Counted from the whole stretch's first letter, positions 1-13,431 are shown. The stretch: 63,841 bases of DNA, filler included, from a bacterium (GCA_026985515.1; 10 parts of 10 records of this genome joined end to end with filler, not necessarily neighbours in it); one strand, 5' to 3'. Notes: generated from the sequence alone by a model not told the origin. Translations and numbers: made by a program.

Positions 1-790
1 CATTTCCCTTTCCAGGAATTCTAAGCCTGGAACCATCTTCAACTCCAGGGGGTATCCTCACATTAATTGTATCAGTAATTTTTACTCTGCCCGTCCCTCC
101 ACACCTGCTGCATCTGGTTGAAGTGATTTTTCCCCTGCCTCCGCAGGTGGGACATACCTGTTTCACCTTCAAAAATGCAGCTCCTGTTGTCACATAACCG
201 CTCCCCTTACACTGGGGACAGATCTGAGGCTGGGGAAGCGGTACCTCTCCCGATCCACCACACACAGGACATCTGTCATACCTGTCAACCTGAATGGTTG
301 TGGTGAGACCCTTTATGGCATCCATAAAATCCAGTTCAATGGTGTATGTGAGATCCTCTCCCCTTTCCCCATAAGGCTGAGTCTGAGTGAAAACATCACC
401 GAAGGGACCTTTTCCTCCACCTCCAAAAATATCAAAGATATCCTCAAAGATGTAACTGAAATCTCTGAATCTTCCACCTGTCTGTCTCTTACCAAATATT
501 TCGTTGAAGATCTCGTCAAAATTTACAGAAAAACCTTCACCTCCCGCTGCTCCCCCTGGTGGCACATCGCCTTCAAAATAAAAACCATATTGATCATATT
601 TTTTCCTCTTTTCAGGATCTCCAAGTACACTGTAAGCCTCTGCAATCTCTTTAAATTTTTCCTCAGCCTCCTTATCCCCCGGGTTTCTATCTGGGTGATA
701 TTTCATCGCAAGTCTTCTGTAGGCTTTTTTTATCTCCTCCTGTGTGGCATTTCTGGGGACCCCCAGTATTTTATAATAATCCTTTGGCAT
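1..790 (-). CDS. dnaJ: DnaJ chaperone, N-terminal ~263 aa (runs off window edge; absent from ORF track)
   Basis: Manual translation from ATG 790: [11 protein letters not shown]...KYHPDRNPG (J domain with HPD), G/F-rich linker, four CxxCxGxG repeats ([32 protein letters not shown]); frame open to position 1. Confidence 0.95.
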   Translation of the reverse strand, partial: MPKDYYKILGVPRNATQEEIKKAYRRLAMKYHPDRNPGDKEAEEKFKEIAEAYSVLGDPEKRKKYDQYGFYFEGDVPPGGAAGGEGFSVNFDEIFNEIFGKRQTGGRFRDFSYIFEDIFDIFGGGGKGPFGDVFTQTQPYGERGEDLTYTIELDFMDAIKGLTTTIQVDRYDRCPVCGGSGEVPLPQPQICPQCKGSGYVTTGAAFLKVKQVCPTCGGRGKITSTRCSRCGGTGRVKITDTINVRIPPGVEDGSRLRIPGKGN

Positions 791-792
791 TT

Positions 793-1188
793 TTAACCAT
801 CCTCCACCTCAACAATCCTTTTTCTCTTAGGTAATTTAATCAGGAGGATCCCCTTTTCAAGAACTGCCTCAATTCTTGAAGAATCTATTCCGGAAGGCAA
901 TCTGAAGGTCCTGAGAAAAAAACCATATGGAATTTCTCTTCTTATGACTTCCACCCTTCCCACACGCTTCTCAACTCTTCTCTCCCCTTTTACCTGCAAC
1001 TCAGACCCTTCAACACTTATCTCCACCTGATCCTTTTCCAGGCCTGGCAATTCCATTTCAATAAAGAAATACTCCTCATCTTCAAAAATATTTGCCGGTG
1101 GTCTCCACACATCCTGTTCAGGGAAGAGAAGATCCTTCTCACTGAAATCTGATTCCCAGGGAAAGAATATACGAAATTTGAATTCCAT
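793..1188 (-). CDS. Hsp20/alpha-crystallin small heat-shock protein
   Basis: ELPG, GER, F-x-R-x-F-x-LP and A-x-L-x-x-GIL-x-I-x-LPK motifs; ends 2 nt before dnaJ start. Confidence 0.93.
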   Translation of the reverse strand: MEFKFRIFFPWESDFSEKDLLFPEQDVWRPPANIFEDEEYFFIEMELPGLEKDQVEISVEGSELQVKGERRVEKRVGRVEVIRREIPYGFFLRTFRLPSGIDSSRIEAVLEKGILLIKLPKRKRIVEVEDG

Positions 1189-1407
1189 TTTTGAGAACTC
1201 TCGATGAACTGTTTATTTTATTTTAACCCAAATGAAACAAACAGGCAACCAGTATTCTGGAAACCTTATAAAATTTCTGTAATTGGCGAGAAATACCGAA
1301 ACACACTTCTCATTTTTTGCTGAAATAAAAATATGGAAGAAAAGATCCTTGTTTCCTTTAAAAGCTTTCTGATTAATTTTGTGCAGTTTTAACCATCTAT
1401 AAAGCTC

Positions 1408-1435
1408 TTGACATTTATCAAAAAAAACATATATT
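1408..1435 (+). promoter_or_regulatory. Putative sigma70 promoter of dksA
   Basis: TTGACA-16 nt-TATATT; SD AAGGAGG before ATG 1466. Confidence 0.55.
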
Positions 1436-1465
1436 GATTAAAACTCCATATGTAAGGAGGGTGTT

Positions 1466-1903
1466 ATGGCGACACGGGAGCAGGAAATTGCAGAAATAAA
1501 AAAACAGCTCCTGAAAATGAGGGAGGAAATATTAAGCAGACTGCAGAAAGCTCGAACTGAAGACAGAGGAGGTAGAGATATAGGTGATGAAGGGGATGCG
1601 GCTCAGGACACAATTTCGAGAGAAACAAATATAGCTCTTGAAAATAGAGATATAGAAACCCTGAGGGAAATTGATTACGCACTGAAAAAAATGGAAAAAG
1701 GGACATACGGTATCTGTGAATCCTGCGGAGATGAAATACCAATTGAGAGATTGAAGGTCCTGCCATTTGCCCGATACTGCCTTGAATGTCAGGAGGAATT
1801 TGAAAAAGAGCAGAAGAGAAGAGGTCCGGAATCTTACGAAGAATCACTCTATCAGAAAGAGATAGGGAATTTTGAAGATCTTTTCCCGGAAGAGGAAGAT
1901 TAA
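1466..1903 (+). CDS. dksA: DksA/TraR C4 zinc-finger transcription factor
   Basis: Coiled coil with DEGDAA (DxxDxA) tip; YGICESCG...RL...P.ARYCLECQ. Confidence 0.88.
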   Translation: MATREQEIAEIKKQLLKMREEILSRLQKARTEDRGGRDIGDEGDAAQDTISRETNIALENRDIETLREIDYALKKMEKGTYGICESCGDEIPIERLKVLPFARYCLECQEEFEKEQKRRGPESYEESLYQKEIGNFEDLFPEEED

Positions 1904-2098
1904 ATTCACACCTTTTACAATTTTTTTTCTCTTCTCCACCCTCGCATCAGTCCAGTCATGTACTCAAAGGATCATTGATTGTCGTTTTTTCTCAATGGGA
2001 ACAGTGGTCGAAATCCACGCAGAGGGAGAATCAAAGTGCAGCCAGATAGAAGATTTCACCCAGAAATTGAGTATTGAATTATCCTTCCAGAATAGAAA
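1872..2098 (+). CDS. apbE: FAD:protein FMN transferase (ApbE family) lipoprotein, 5' fragment
   Basis: Lipoprotein-like signal ending VQSC followed by the FSMGTVVEI motif typical of ApbE N-termini; truncated by contig end. Confidence 0.6.
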
Positions 2099-2198
2099 NN
2101 NNNNNNNNNNNNNNNNNNNNNNNNNNNNNNNNNNNNNNNNNNTTAATTAATTAANNNNNNNNNNNNNNNNNNNNNNNNNNNNNNNNNNNNNNNNNNNN
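2099..2198. other. Artificial contig linker (also at 11148-11247, 13331-13430, 22085-22184, 30793-30892, 39500-39599, 48104-48203, 50153-50252, 61851-61950)
   Basis: Identical 100-nt N44-TTAATTAATTAA-N44 spacer placing stops in all six frames. Confidence 0.99.
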
Positions 2199-2423
2199 GC
2201 TGACGCGATTGTGGCACTGGCTGCAGGATTCGCCATTGGACTGGCTGCCTTTGGAGGCTCTATTGGACAGGGAAGATCCATCTCTTCAGCTCTTGAGGGC
2301 ATTGCCAGAAATCCAGGGGCAAGTGGGAAAATCACAACACCCATGATCATTGGTCTTGCAATGATTGAGTCACTGGTTATTTACGCCCTGCTCATTGCCT
2401 TCCTTTTACAGGCAAAGATTTAA
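2199..2423 (+). CDS. atpE: ATP synthase F0 subunit c, 5'-truncated
   Basis: GxGQG...IARNP loop, IESLVIYAL with the catalytic Glu; frame open back to contig start. Confidence 0.95.
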   Translation, partial: ADAIVALAAGFAIGLAAFGGSIGQGRSISSALEGIARNPGASGKITTPMIIGLAMIESLVIYALLIAFLLQAKI

Positions 2424-2426
2424 TTA

Positions 2427-3296
2427 ATGGATGGAACCTGGCTGAGAAAAGAAGAATTAAAGAAATCTGAAAGGTTCTTCTACTCTTTCCCCACAGGGGG
2501 AGTGGAAGAACCTTTTCTTTTTCCCCTTCTATGTTACAGAGAAAATTCAAATTACTTCCTCCTTGATGGCTGGAAAAGAATATCTCTTCCACTTGAAAAA
2601 TTCCCTGCTCTCTTCTGGGATGAGGAGGAAAAAACTCCCTCAGAGGCACTTCAAATCTCCATAAAAGCAAATACAATCTTTCGGGGTATCAACAGCATTG
2701 AAAAGGGAAACATTGCCAGAATCGTTTTAAAATACTTTCCAGATGAAGTAAAAAACTTTGCACATCTCCTAAATCTCAACCTGGATGACTTTCACAGAAT
2801 TGCCAGGGTAAACCTGTTAGATGATTCTGTAAAGACAATGATATCCCACTGGAAAATTCCTCCAAAGTGGGTGATAAAGATGTGCGAATACCCGGAAGAG
2901 TGGAATGAGATCATGGATATAATCAGGGGAATAAAACTGACTTCCTCCCAGATGGTATGGCTGATTGACTCAATGTATGAACTATCTCACAGAACCGGAA
3001 CTCCACCGTCACAGATTATAAAGGACCTTCAACCAGTTGCAACATTTGAGGATTTACAGAGGAAAATAGAAAGAGTCAGATATCCTGTAATTTCCAGATA
3101 CAATGCCATTGTTAGAGAGCTGCAGAAAAAATACCAGGATTCTGCGTTAAGGCTCTCTGTTCCCGAAAATTTTGAAGGTGAAGAAATAATCCTTAATTTA
3201 AGGATAAGAAGCGACGCTGATCTGGAAGATATTAAAAACAGAATTCAGAAACTTCTGGATGAGGAAAAATTGAGAAAGATACTGGAACTGCTGTGA
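2427..3296 (+). CDS. ParB/Srx-like N-terminal domain protein (degenerate) with helical, HTH-like middle region
   Basis: YFLLDGWKRI resembles the ParB 'Y-x-(L/I)-(I/V)-D-G-x-R-R' motif; the following N-x-x-R-G-I-N-x-I-E-K resembles ParB 'EN..R..LNPIE'. Confidence 0.6.
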   Translation: MDGTWLRKEELKKSERFFYSFPTGGVEEPFLFPLLCYRENSNYFLLDGWKRISLPLEKFPALFWDEEEKTPSEALQISIKANTIFRGINSIEKGNIARIVLKYFPDEVKNFAHLLNLNLDDFHRIARVNLLDDSVKTMISHWKIPPKWVIKMCEYPEEWNEIMDIIRGIKLTSSQMVWLIDSMYELSHRTGTPPSQIIKDLQPVATFEDLQRKIERVRYPVISRYNAIVRELQKKYQDSALRLSVPENFEGEEIILNLRIRSDADLEDIKNRIQKLLDEEKLRKILELL

Positions 3297-4381
3297 TAAA
3301 AGAAATTCTGATTGAAAAAGAGGCAGAAATTTATCCATTTACAGAGGAAATAATAAAAAGGAACAGGGGAAAAGTAAAAATTTCCTTTATAGAAAAGAGA
3401 GAAAGGGACCTGTCTTCAGAAAAATGGGGTATCGCAAAGAGAAGATTGCTGTTGAGGACATTTAAGGGGAAATGGGTGAGGCAGTGCCCAGGTACAAAAA
3501 ATCTCTTATGCTGCAATTATCTTGTCATAAATCCCGTAGTTAACTGTCCTTTTAACTGTACTTACTGTTTCCTCCAGGGTTATCTTGATGCACCATATAT
3601 ACAGGTTATGGTTAACATTGAAGATCTCTTTGAGGAACTTGACCAGTTTCTCAACAGAAATAGAAATGGAAGATTCAGAATAGGTACCGGGGAAATGGCA
3701 GATAGCCTTGCCCTTGACCGTTACATAGGATTGAACGAAAAACTGATCAGGTTCATCTCCAACTATCCAAATGCTGTCCTTGAACTGAAAACAAAATCGG
3801 CAGATGTTGAGCCACTGCTTAAAATTTCACATGGAAAAAATGTGGTAATTTCCTGGTCACTGGCACCTCTTAAAATTACGAAGGAAGAAGAACTGGGAAC
3901 GGATGATCTTACAAAAAGAATCTCTGCAATGGAAAAAGTTCTGAGGGCAGGTTACATGGTTGGTTTTCACTTTGATCCCATCATCTACTATGAGGGATGG
4001 GAAAGGGGATACAGAGAAGTCGTAGAAAGCATTTTTACAAAAGTTCCTGAGAGACAGCTTGCCTGGGTAAGTATGGGATCTTTAAGATTTTTTCCTCAGC
4101 ATCTTGAGTCTGCAAGGAAAAGATTTCCGCATCACACAATTCTCTTTCAGGAAATGGTCCCTGGTGCCGACAGAAAACTGAGATATCCCAAACCGGTGCG
4201 AATTGAAATGTACAGAAAAATTTATACCTGGATAAAAAGCATTCGACCGGGAGCTTTTATATATCTGTGTATGGAAGGAAAAGATGTATGGAAAAAGGTG
4301 TTTGGATTTGCACCGGAAAATGATGTCAAGGTGGGAGAACTCTTTTTCAGATACTCCGGGGCACTGGTTAACTTTCAATAA
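3293..4381 (+). CDS. Spore photoproduct lyase (SplB)-family radical SAM protein
   Basis: NCPFNCTYCFLQ (CxxxCxxC), GTGEMADSLA, LELKTKS, GFHFDPI, YLCME motifs; GTGA overlap with upstream gene. Confidence 0.88.
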   Translation: MIKEILIEKEAEIYPFTEEIIKRNRGKVKISFIEKRERDLSSEKWGIAKRRLLLRTFKGKWVRQCPGTKNLLCCNYLVINPVVNCPFNCTYCFLQGYLDAPYIQVMVNIEDLFEELDQFLNRNRNGRFRIGTGEMADSLALDRYIGLNEKLIRFISNYPNAVLELKTKSADVEPLLKISHGKNVVISWSLAPLKITKEEELGTDDLTKRISAMEKVLRAGYMVGFHFDPIIYYEGWERGYREVVESIFTKVPERQLAWVSMGSLRFFPQHLESARKRFPHHTILFQEMVPGADRKLRYPKPVRIEMYRKIYTWIKSIRPGAFIYLCMEGKDVWKKVFGFAPENDVKVGELFFRYSGALVNFQ

Positions 4382-4703
4382 TGTAATCTTCCCTTACAGG
4401 ATGCCATGCATCAAGGCACTCACAATCTTCAACGGCAACAGCTGAATGTTTAGCACCAGAGGGGATCTTAACTCCCTCCCCTGCACCCAGAATCTTCCTG
4501 GTCCCCTCCAGCTCAAACTCCAGTTTCCCCCTTACTACCACAGTAATCTGTTCATGAGGATGAGTATGTGGAGGAATTCGGGCTCCTCTCTCCATAACCA
4601 CCCTCGTTACCATGAGATTATTAAGGTGCACCTCCTGAAGCGTAACTCCTCTTCCCATTTCTCTCTCTGGCAAAATGGGCCAGAAAAAGAAATTTTCCCT
4701 CAT
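4368..4703 (-). CDS. Cupin domain protein
   Basis: HTHPHEQ...G.LEF and IPSGAKH metal-binding cupin motifs; C-terminal PVREDY. Confidence 0.88.
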   Translation of the reverse strand: MRENFFFWPILPEREMGRGVTLQEVHLNNLMVTRVVMERGARIPPHTHPHEQITVVVRGKLEFELEGTRKILGAGEGVKIPSGAKHSAVAVEDCECLDAWHPVREDYIIES

Positions 4704-5644
4704 GAAATTCTCCCTGTTAATACTTCAAGGAGTGCCTTCAGCTGCTCTTTTCCCTCTCCATCTGGAAGGAAAGTAATCTTATCAAGAGCGGTCAGGGTCT
4801 GCTGCCTTGCTATCTGCCTCGCCTGATCAAATACCCCCTCTCTTTCCATATCTTCCACAAGCTTCGCCACCTCCTCCCCATCTATTCCTTCTCCACTCCA
4901 TAATTCTTTAACCCTCTCCGATTTACCTCTCTGAAAATAGAGTATTAGTGGTAGAGTGGGCTTCTTTTCATAAAAATCTTTGAATCTGTCCTTACCAAGA
5001 ATTTCACCCGGTGTGGTGTAATCTATGATGTCATCTATAATCTGAAAAGCTCTCCCTATGGCAATACCTGCATCTGAGAGATAGGCAACAAGCTCATCTT
5101 TCTGAAGGTAGAGAGGCACAATTATGAAAGCAAGTCTGAAGAGGGCTCCAGTTTTTCTATCTATGATCTGATAATACTGGTTAACCCTCATATTGACATT
5201 TCCCCTGTGGGAAAGCTGGATCAATTCACCCTCTGCCATCATTTCAACTGAAAAAACAAATTCACGCAGCAGGTCAAGTCTATTTCTCATTGCAATGAGA
5301 TTGTATGCCCTGGATACAATGAAATCTCCCATTAAAACAGATACATTGGCTCCCCACAGATAAAACACAGTTTTCTTTCCCCTTCTTGTTTCTCCAAAAT
5401 CAACCACATCATCATGCATGAGACTTGCAGTATGGATCAGTTCCACGGATGTGGCAAAATCCAGAAAATCTTCTCTCTTCGCTCCAAGCGACTTACCCAC
5501 AAGAAGAGTAATGAGAGGCCTGACTCTCTTTCCTCCCGACTCCACAATATACCTGCTTACCTCCTGAATCAGATGATTATCTGATCCCAGGACAGCGATG
5601 AGGTTTTTATCAAGATCAGCAACTTCAGCAGTAAATCTTTCCAT
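4700..5644 (-). CDS. Polyprenyl diphosphate synthase (IspB/HepT-like)
   Basis: GGKRVRP, HDDVVD...RRG, KTG and FQIIDDIID aspartate-rich motifs. Confidence 0.92.
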   Translation of the reverse strand: MERFTAEVADLDKNLIAVLGSDNHLIQEVSRYIVESGGKRVRPLITLLVGKSLGAKREDFLDFATSVELIHTASLMHDDVVDFGETRRGKKTVFYLWGANVSVLMGDFIVSRAYNLIAMRNRLDLLREFVFSVEMMAEGELIQLSHRGNVNMRVNQYYQIIDRKTGALFRLAFIIVPLYLQKDELVAYLSDAGIAIGRAFQIIDDIIDYTTPGEILGKDRFKDFYEKKPTLPLILYFQRGKSERVKELWSGEGIDGEEVAKLVEDMEREGVFDQARQIARQQTLTALDKITFLPDGEGKEQLKALLEVLTGRIS

Positions 5645-5711
5645 TTTAACCCGCCTTGAAACCTCTTAAATTATATGAATAATATGTTAAAAATCAAAAA
5701 ATCCAGCCTCC

Positions 5712-5739
5712 TTGACAATACTGCTCTCATTCATATAAT
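5712..5739 (+). promoter_or_regulatory. sigma70 promoter of the rplM operon
   Basis: Perfect TTGACA-16 nt-TATAAT, 29 nt before rplM ATG. Confidence 0.75.
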
Positions 5740-5768
5740 TTAACAACAAACTAAAGGAAGGGTGGTTT

Positions 5769-6203
5769 ATGCGAACTTACAGTTTCAAAACAAGAGAAGT
5801 TGAGAGAAAGTGGTATCTGATTGATGCAAAAGGGAAAACTCTGGGAAGACTTGCCAGTCAGATTGCGAAGATACTGAGAGGGAAACATAAACCTGAATTT
5901 ACTCCCCACGCTGATGTGGGAGATTTTGTGGTGGTGATTAACGCTGCGGAAGTAAAACTTACAGGGAAGAAACTTCTTCAGAAAAAATATTACAGATACA
6001 GTGGATACCCCGGAGGACTCAAGGAATTCACTGCAAAGCAGATGCTGGAGAGACACCCTGAATACATTCTTTATCACGCTGTTAAGGGAATGATGCCCAA
6101 GAATAGGCTGGCAAGGAAACAACTTAAAAAGCTGAAAATTTACCCTGGACCTGAACATCCGCATCAGGCTCAAAAACCTGAACCCCTTGAAATTGATGTG
6201 TAA
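5769..6203 (+). CDS. rplM: 50S ribosomal protein L13
   Basis: [32 protein letters not shown]. Confidence 0.99.
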   Translation: MRTYSFKTREVERKWYLIDAKGKTLGRLASQIAKILRGKHKPEFTPHADVGDFVVVINAAEVKLTGKKLLQKKYYRYSGYPGGLKEFTAKQMLERHPEYILYHAVKGMMPKNRLARKQLKKLKIYPGPEHPHQAQKPEPLEIDV

Positions 6204-6215
6204 TAAGGAGGGAAA

Positions 6216-6611
6216 ATGAGCGAAGAAAGATGGCACGCTGTTGGTAAAAGAAAAACAGCTGTTGCAAGAGTATGGCTAAAACCCGGTACCGGGAAAATAG
6301 TAATAAATAAGAATATGCCACCTGAAGAGTATTTTGACAGAATAACCTCACTGATAAAAATACGACAGCCCCTGACTCTCACCAACACCCAGAACAAATT
6401 TGACATATATGTTAACGTCAGAGGTGGTGGCAAATCTGCACAGGCAGAAGCCATAAGACACGGCATAGCAAGAGCACTCGTCGTTTACGACGAGTCTCTG
6501 AGACCCACCCTCAAAAAGGCTGGTTTGCTTACCCGGGACGCCAGAATGGTGGAAAGAAAAAAGTATGGTCGCCACAAGGCAAGAAGAAGCCATCAATTCT
6601 CCAAGAGGTAA
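6216..6611 (+). CDS. rpsI: 30S ribosomal protein S9
   Basis: [28 protein letters not shown]...QFSKR. Confidence 0.99.
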   Translation: MSEERWHAVGKRKTAVARVWLKPGTGKIVINKNMPPEEYFDRITSLIKIRQPLTLTNTQNKFDIYVNVRGGGKSAQAEAIRHGIARALVVYDESLRPTLKKAGLLTRDARMVERKKYGRHKARRSHQFSKR

Positions 6612-6620
6612 TATTGACAG

Positions 6621-7625
6621 GTGGGGAAATATCTAATTGCAATTATTGGAGCCAGTGGATACACAGGCGGAGAACTTCTCCGCCTTTTCTGTTTTCATCC
6701 AGATGTAGAGGTTGTCTCGGTAACTTCAAGGCAATACAAGGGTAAGAGTGTCTCTGAGGTATTTCCATTCTTAAATGGTTGCTACGATCTCAGATTCAAA
6801 TCAATAAGTGAAGTAAAAGATGAGGCAGATTTTTACTTCCTGGCTCTCCCGCACGGTGTGAGTATGCTCCATGCAAGGAAATTCCTTGAATATGGGAAAG
6901 TAATTGACCTTGGAGCTGATTTCAGGCTGAAGGATATTGAAAAATACAGAAAATGGTATGGAGACCATCAGGATACTGACCTGATAAAAGAATCTGTTTA
7001 TGGTCTTCCAGAGATAAACAGAGAAAACATCAAAAATGCAAAACTGGTGGCGAATCCGGGATGTTACCCCACCTCTGTGATTCTCGGGACATACCCCCTT
7101 GTAAAAGAAGGAATTGTGGAGGAGCCGGTTATTGTTGATTCAAAATCTGGAGTTACTGGAGCAGGAAGATTCCCCTCACCCAATCTCCATTTTCCTGAAG
7201 TGAATGAAAATTTCAATCCATATAAAATCAACGGGCACAGACATCTTGCTGAAATGGAAGAGCAACTTGGGATCAAGCTTATTTTTACCCCTCATCTCCT
7301 GCCCATTGACAGAGGTATTCTCTCATCCATCTATGCAAAAACAAAGAAAGATGTTACGCTCAAAGAGATTGAGGAAATTTTCCAGAAATACTACGGTAAC
7401 GAAAAATTTGTAAGATTGCTCGGCAACAGAGCCCCACACGTGAAAGATGTGAGGGGGAGCAATTTTATTGACATTGGCTGGGCAATAGATGGTTCCATTC
7501 TGAAAGTATTTGTCGCAATTGACAATCTGGTTAAAGGTGCAAGTGGGCAGGCCATTCAGAATTTCAACATTATGGCGGGGTTACCCGAAGAAACCGGGTT
7601 GACTTCTCCATCCCTTTTCCCATAA
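6621..7625 (+). CDS. argC: N-acetyl-gamma-glutamyl-phosphate reductase
   Basis: GASGYTG, ANPGCYPT active site, SGVTGAG, DNLVKGASGQA. Confidence 0.97.
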   Translation: MGKYLIAIIGASGYTGGELLRLFCFHPDVEVVSVTSRQYKGKSVSEVFPFLNGCYDLRFKSISEVKDEADFYFLALPHGVSMLHARKFLEYGKVIDLGADFRLKDIEKYRKWYGDHQDTDLIKESVYGLPEINRENIKNAKLVANPGCYPTSVILGTYPLVKEGIVEEPVIVDSKSGVTGAGRFPSPNLHFPEVNENFNPYKINGHRHLAEMEEQLGIKLIFTPHLLPIDRGILSSIYAKTKKDVTLKEIEEIFQKYYGNEKFVRLLGNRAPHVKDVRGSNFIDIGWAIDGSILKVFVAIDNLVKGASGQAIQNFNIMAGLPEETGLTSPSLFP

Positions 7626-7639
7626 AATAGTTCTGTCAG

Positions 7640-11147
<3,508 letters not shown>

Positions 11148-11247
11148 NNNNNNNNNNNNNNNNNNNNNNNNNNNNNNNNNNNNNNNNNNNNTTAATTAAT
11201 TAANNNNNNNNNNNNNNNNNNNNNNNNNNNNNNNNNNNNNNNNNNNN

Positions 11248-11492
11248 TCAAGGGAACTCACCATCCCTTTGAGGGCAGCCTCAAATAATTTTTTGGGATC
11301 AGGTTTATCCACATAATATTCATTAATCTTTTCCAGAACCTCCGAAAAAAGGTCCAGATACTGTAAAACCTCTTTATTGCCCTTTCCAAACCTGTTATCA
11401 CCTGCAAGATTTCTTAAATTACCTTTCCCGACCAGAACAAAACCCGCAATTGCAAGATAAACCAGAATCAGAACAATCCATCTTTTTTTCAT
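11248..11492 (-). CDS. Carboxy-terminal processing protease (S41 family), 5' fragment
   Basis: N-terminal TM/signal, then F.EVL..I...YVD...KL...A.KGM..SL typical of CtpA/Prc N-termini. Confidence 0.8.
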
Positions 11493-11510
11493 CAGCAGTC
11501 CTCCTGATCT

Positions 11511-11774
11511 TTAACGATTATTCAAAATTTCATCAACCATATTTTCTTTGACACCTTCAATTTCAATAAGTTTTAATCTTGAGGTGTGACCAGATTTTAT
11601 CTTTATCTGATTTTTCCTTACTCCAAAAAGGCGGGAAAAAAATTTTATCAGTTCATCATTGGCTTTCCCCTTTTCCGGTGGTGCTGCAATCTTCACTTTG
11701 AGATACCCATTTTCCCATCCAGAGATTTTATTCGACGAAGATCCTGGAACCACTTTAACTTTCAAAATAGCCAT
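11511..11774 (-). CDS. DUF167/YggU family protein
   Basis: VKVVPGSS, APPEKGKAN.ELI, GHTSRLK. Confidence 0.92.
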   Translation of the reverse strand: MAILKVKVVPGSSSNKISGWENGYLKVKIAAPPEKGKANDELIKFFSRLFGVRKNQIKIKSGHTSRLKLIEIEGVKENMVDEILNNR

Positions 11775-11785
11775 TGATAGAAACC

Positions 11786-12283
11786 TCAGGACTTATCGGA
11801 AGAACCACCCAGATAAGTGATGTTATCCTTCTCTTCCTCTTCCTCTTTTTCGTAAAGAATCAGACTGTAATACTCCAAAAGCTGTTTGAACTTTGTTAAA
11901 AACTCTCTTCTCTGCCTCTTCAACTCATTGATTTCAGATGCAATTTCTGATACTTTTCTGTGAGCTTCATCTATTATGCTCCGGGCTTTCAATTCAGCCT
12001 CTGCAATTATAACCTCCGCTTCCTTTTTTGCCTTCTCAATCAGAGAATCCTTCATTTCCCTTGCAGAAATAAGAGTCTCCTGAAGAATCTTCTCCCTCTC
12101 TCTGTACTCCTCCAGTCTCCTCATGGCCTCCTTGAGCTCATCCTTCAGAATGGAATTCTCCCTGATAAGTGATTCCACCTCTGCCCTCACAAGATCAAGA
12201 AAGGCTCTAACCTCATTTTTGTCATACCCTGCAAGGGAAGTTTTGAATTCCTGTTTCTTGATTTCCAGTGGTGTTATTTTCAT
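11786..12283 (-). CDS. divIVA: DivIVA domain protein
   Basis: ITPLEI...EF.....GYD..EV.AFLD N-terminus followed by coiled coil. Confidence 0.92.
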   Translation of the reverse strand: MKITPLEIKKQEFKTSLAGYDKNEVRAFLDLVRAEVESLIRENSILKDELKEAMRRLEEYREREKILQETLISAREMKDSLIEKAKKEAEVIIAEAELKARSIIDEAHRKVSEIASEINELKRQRREFLTKFKQLLEYYSLILYEKEEEEEKDNITYLGGSSDKS

Positions 12284-12287
12284 GTTA

Positions 12288-12611
12288 TCACCCCCCGTGT
12301 TCCAGCCTTATTGCAATGGGTAATAATACCCTCACAATTACTCTGTCAATGAAAATAATTACGATAAGTGCCACCAGAGGAGAAAAATCAAGTCCAGTTT
12401 TATATGTGAGTCTTAACAATTTCCTCCTTATGGGAGCAAGTACCGGTTCTGTTATGTTTCTGATAAACCTCACTATAGTGTTGTATGGATCAGCATTCAC
12501 CCAGGAAATAAAAACTGCAATAACAAGAATCCAGCTGTAAAGAACAAGGATCATGTGAGTGAGTTCAAAAATCACTTCCAGCAATATTCCAAGAATTTTT
12601 GCAAAAATCAG
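12288..12611 (-). CDS. yggT: YggT family membrane protein (probable CTG start at 12611)
   Basis: SWVNADPYN, TEPVL.PIRR, LDFSP motifs; GAGGAGG SD 6 nt before an in-frame CTG. Confidence 0.9.
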   Translation of the reverse strand: MIFAKILGILLEVIFELTHMILVLYSWILVIAVFISWVNADPYNTIVRFIRNITEPVLAPIRRKLLRLTYKTGLDFSPLVALIVIIFIDRVIVRVLLPIAIRLEHGG

Positions 12612-12697
12612 TCTTTGCCTCCTCGTTTTTGTATATTATTGCCCAATTTTTTAAAATTTGCAAACAATTTTACATAATTTCATAATAATTTTTTGAA

Positions 12698-13330
12698 ATG
12701 GCACAAATCATTTCAGCAAGTAGAAGAACGGATCTCCCGGCTTTTTACCCGGAGTGGACATACCGAAGGTTCAGAGAGGGCACTGTTGTTGTAAAAAACC
12801 CTTTTAACCCTTCTCAGGTATCTATCATTTCTCTCCTGCCTGAAGATGTTCTGGGAATAGTGTTCTGGACAAGATATTTTCGACCTTTTGAAAGATACCT
12901 TCCATTTTTCACCGAAAATTACGAATTTTACATTCATTACACCCTCACCAACTATCCACGGGTATTTGAACCCTTCAACCCACCTGCTGAAAAAGTACTT
13001 GAAAACATTGCATTGCTCTCAGAAAAGATTGGGAGGGAAAGAATTATCTGGAGATATGATCCCATTTTTTTCACTGGCAGATTGACTCCTGACTGGCACA
13101 TGGAAAACTTTGCATTCCTTTATGAGAAATTAAAAAATTATATTGGTGAAATCTACATTGCCGCCCTTTTTCCCTATAAGAAAACCCTGAAAAATCTAAA
13201 AAAAATTGGGGAAGAACCAGTACTCAGAGATGACTGGTTCATCGAGGTAGGCTCCTTCATTAAAAAGACCTCTTCTCTCCCCACCTATTCATGTGCATCA
13301 CCCATATTTACCATGTCCGGCATTACTCCG
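12698..13330 (+). CDS. DUF1848 family protein, 3'-truncated
   Basis: IISASRRTDLPAFY, NPFNP, IVFWT, WRYDPI signature motifs. Confidence 0.9.
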
Positions 13331-13431
13331 NNNNNNNNNNNNNNNNNNNNNNNNNNNNNNNNNNNNNNNNNNNNTTAATTAATTAANNNNNNNNNNNNNN
13401 NNNNNNNNNNNNNNNNNNNNNNNNNNNNNNA

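Noticed and set aside
11786..12283. DivIVA in a diderm as an anomaly
   Set aside because: yggT-divIVA-DUF167 clusters are already known in deltaproteobacteria-like lineages
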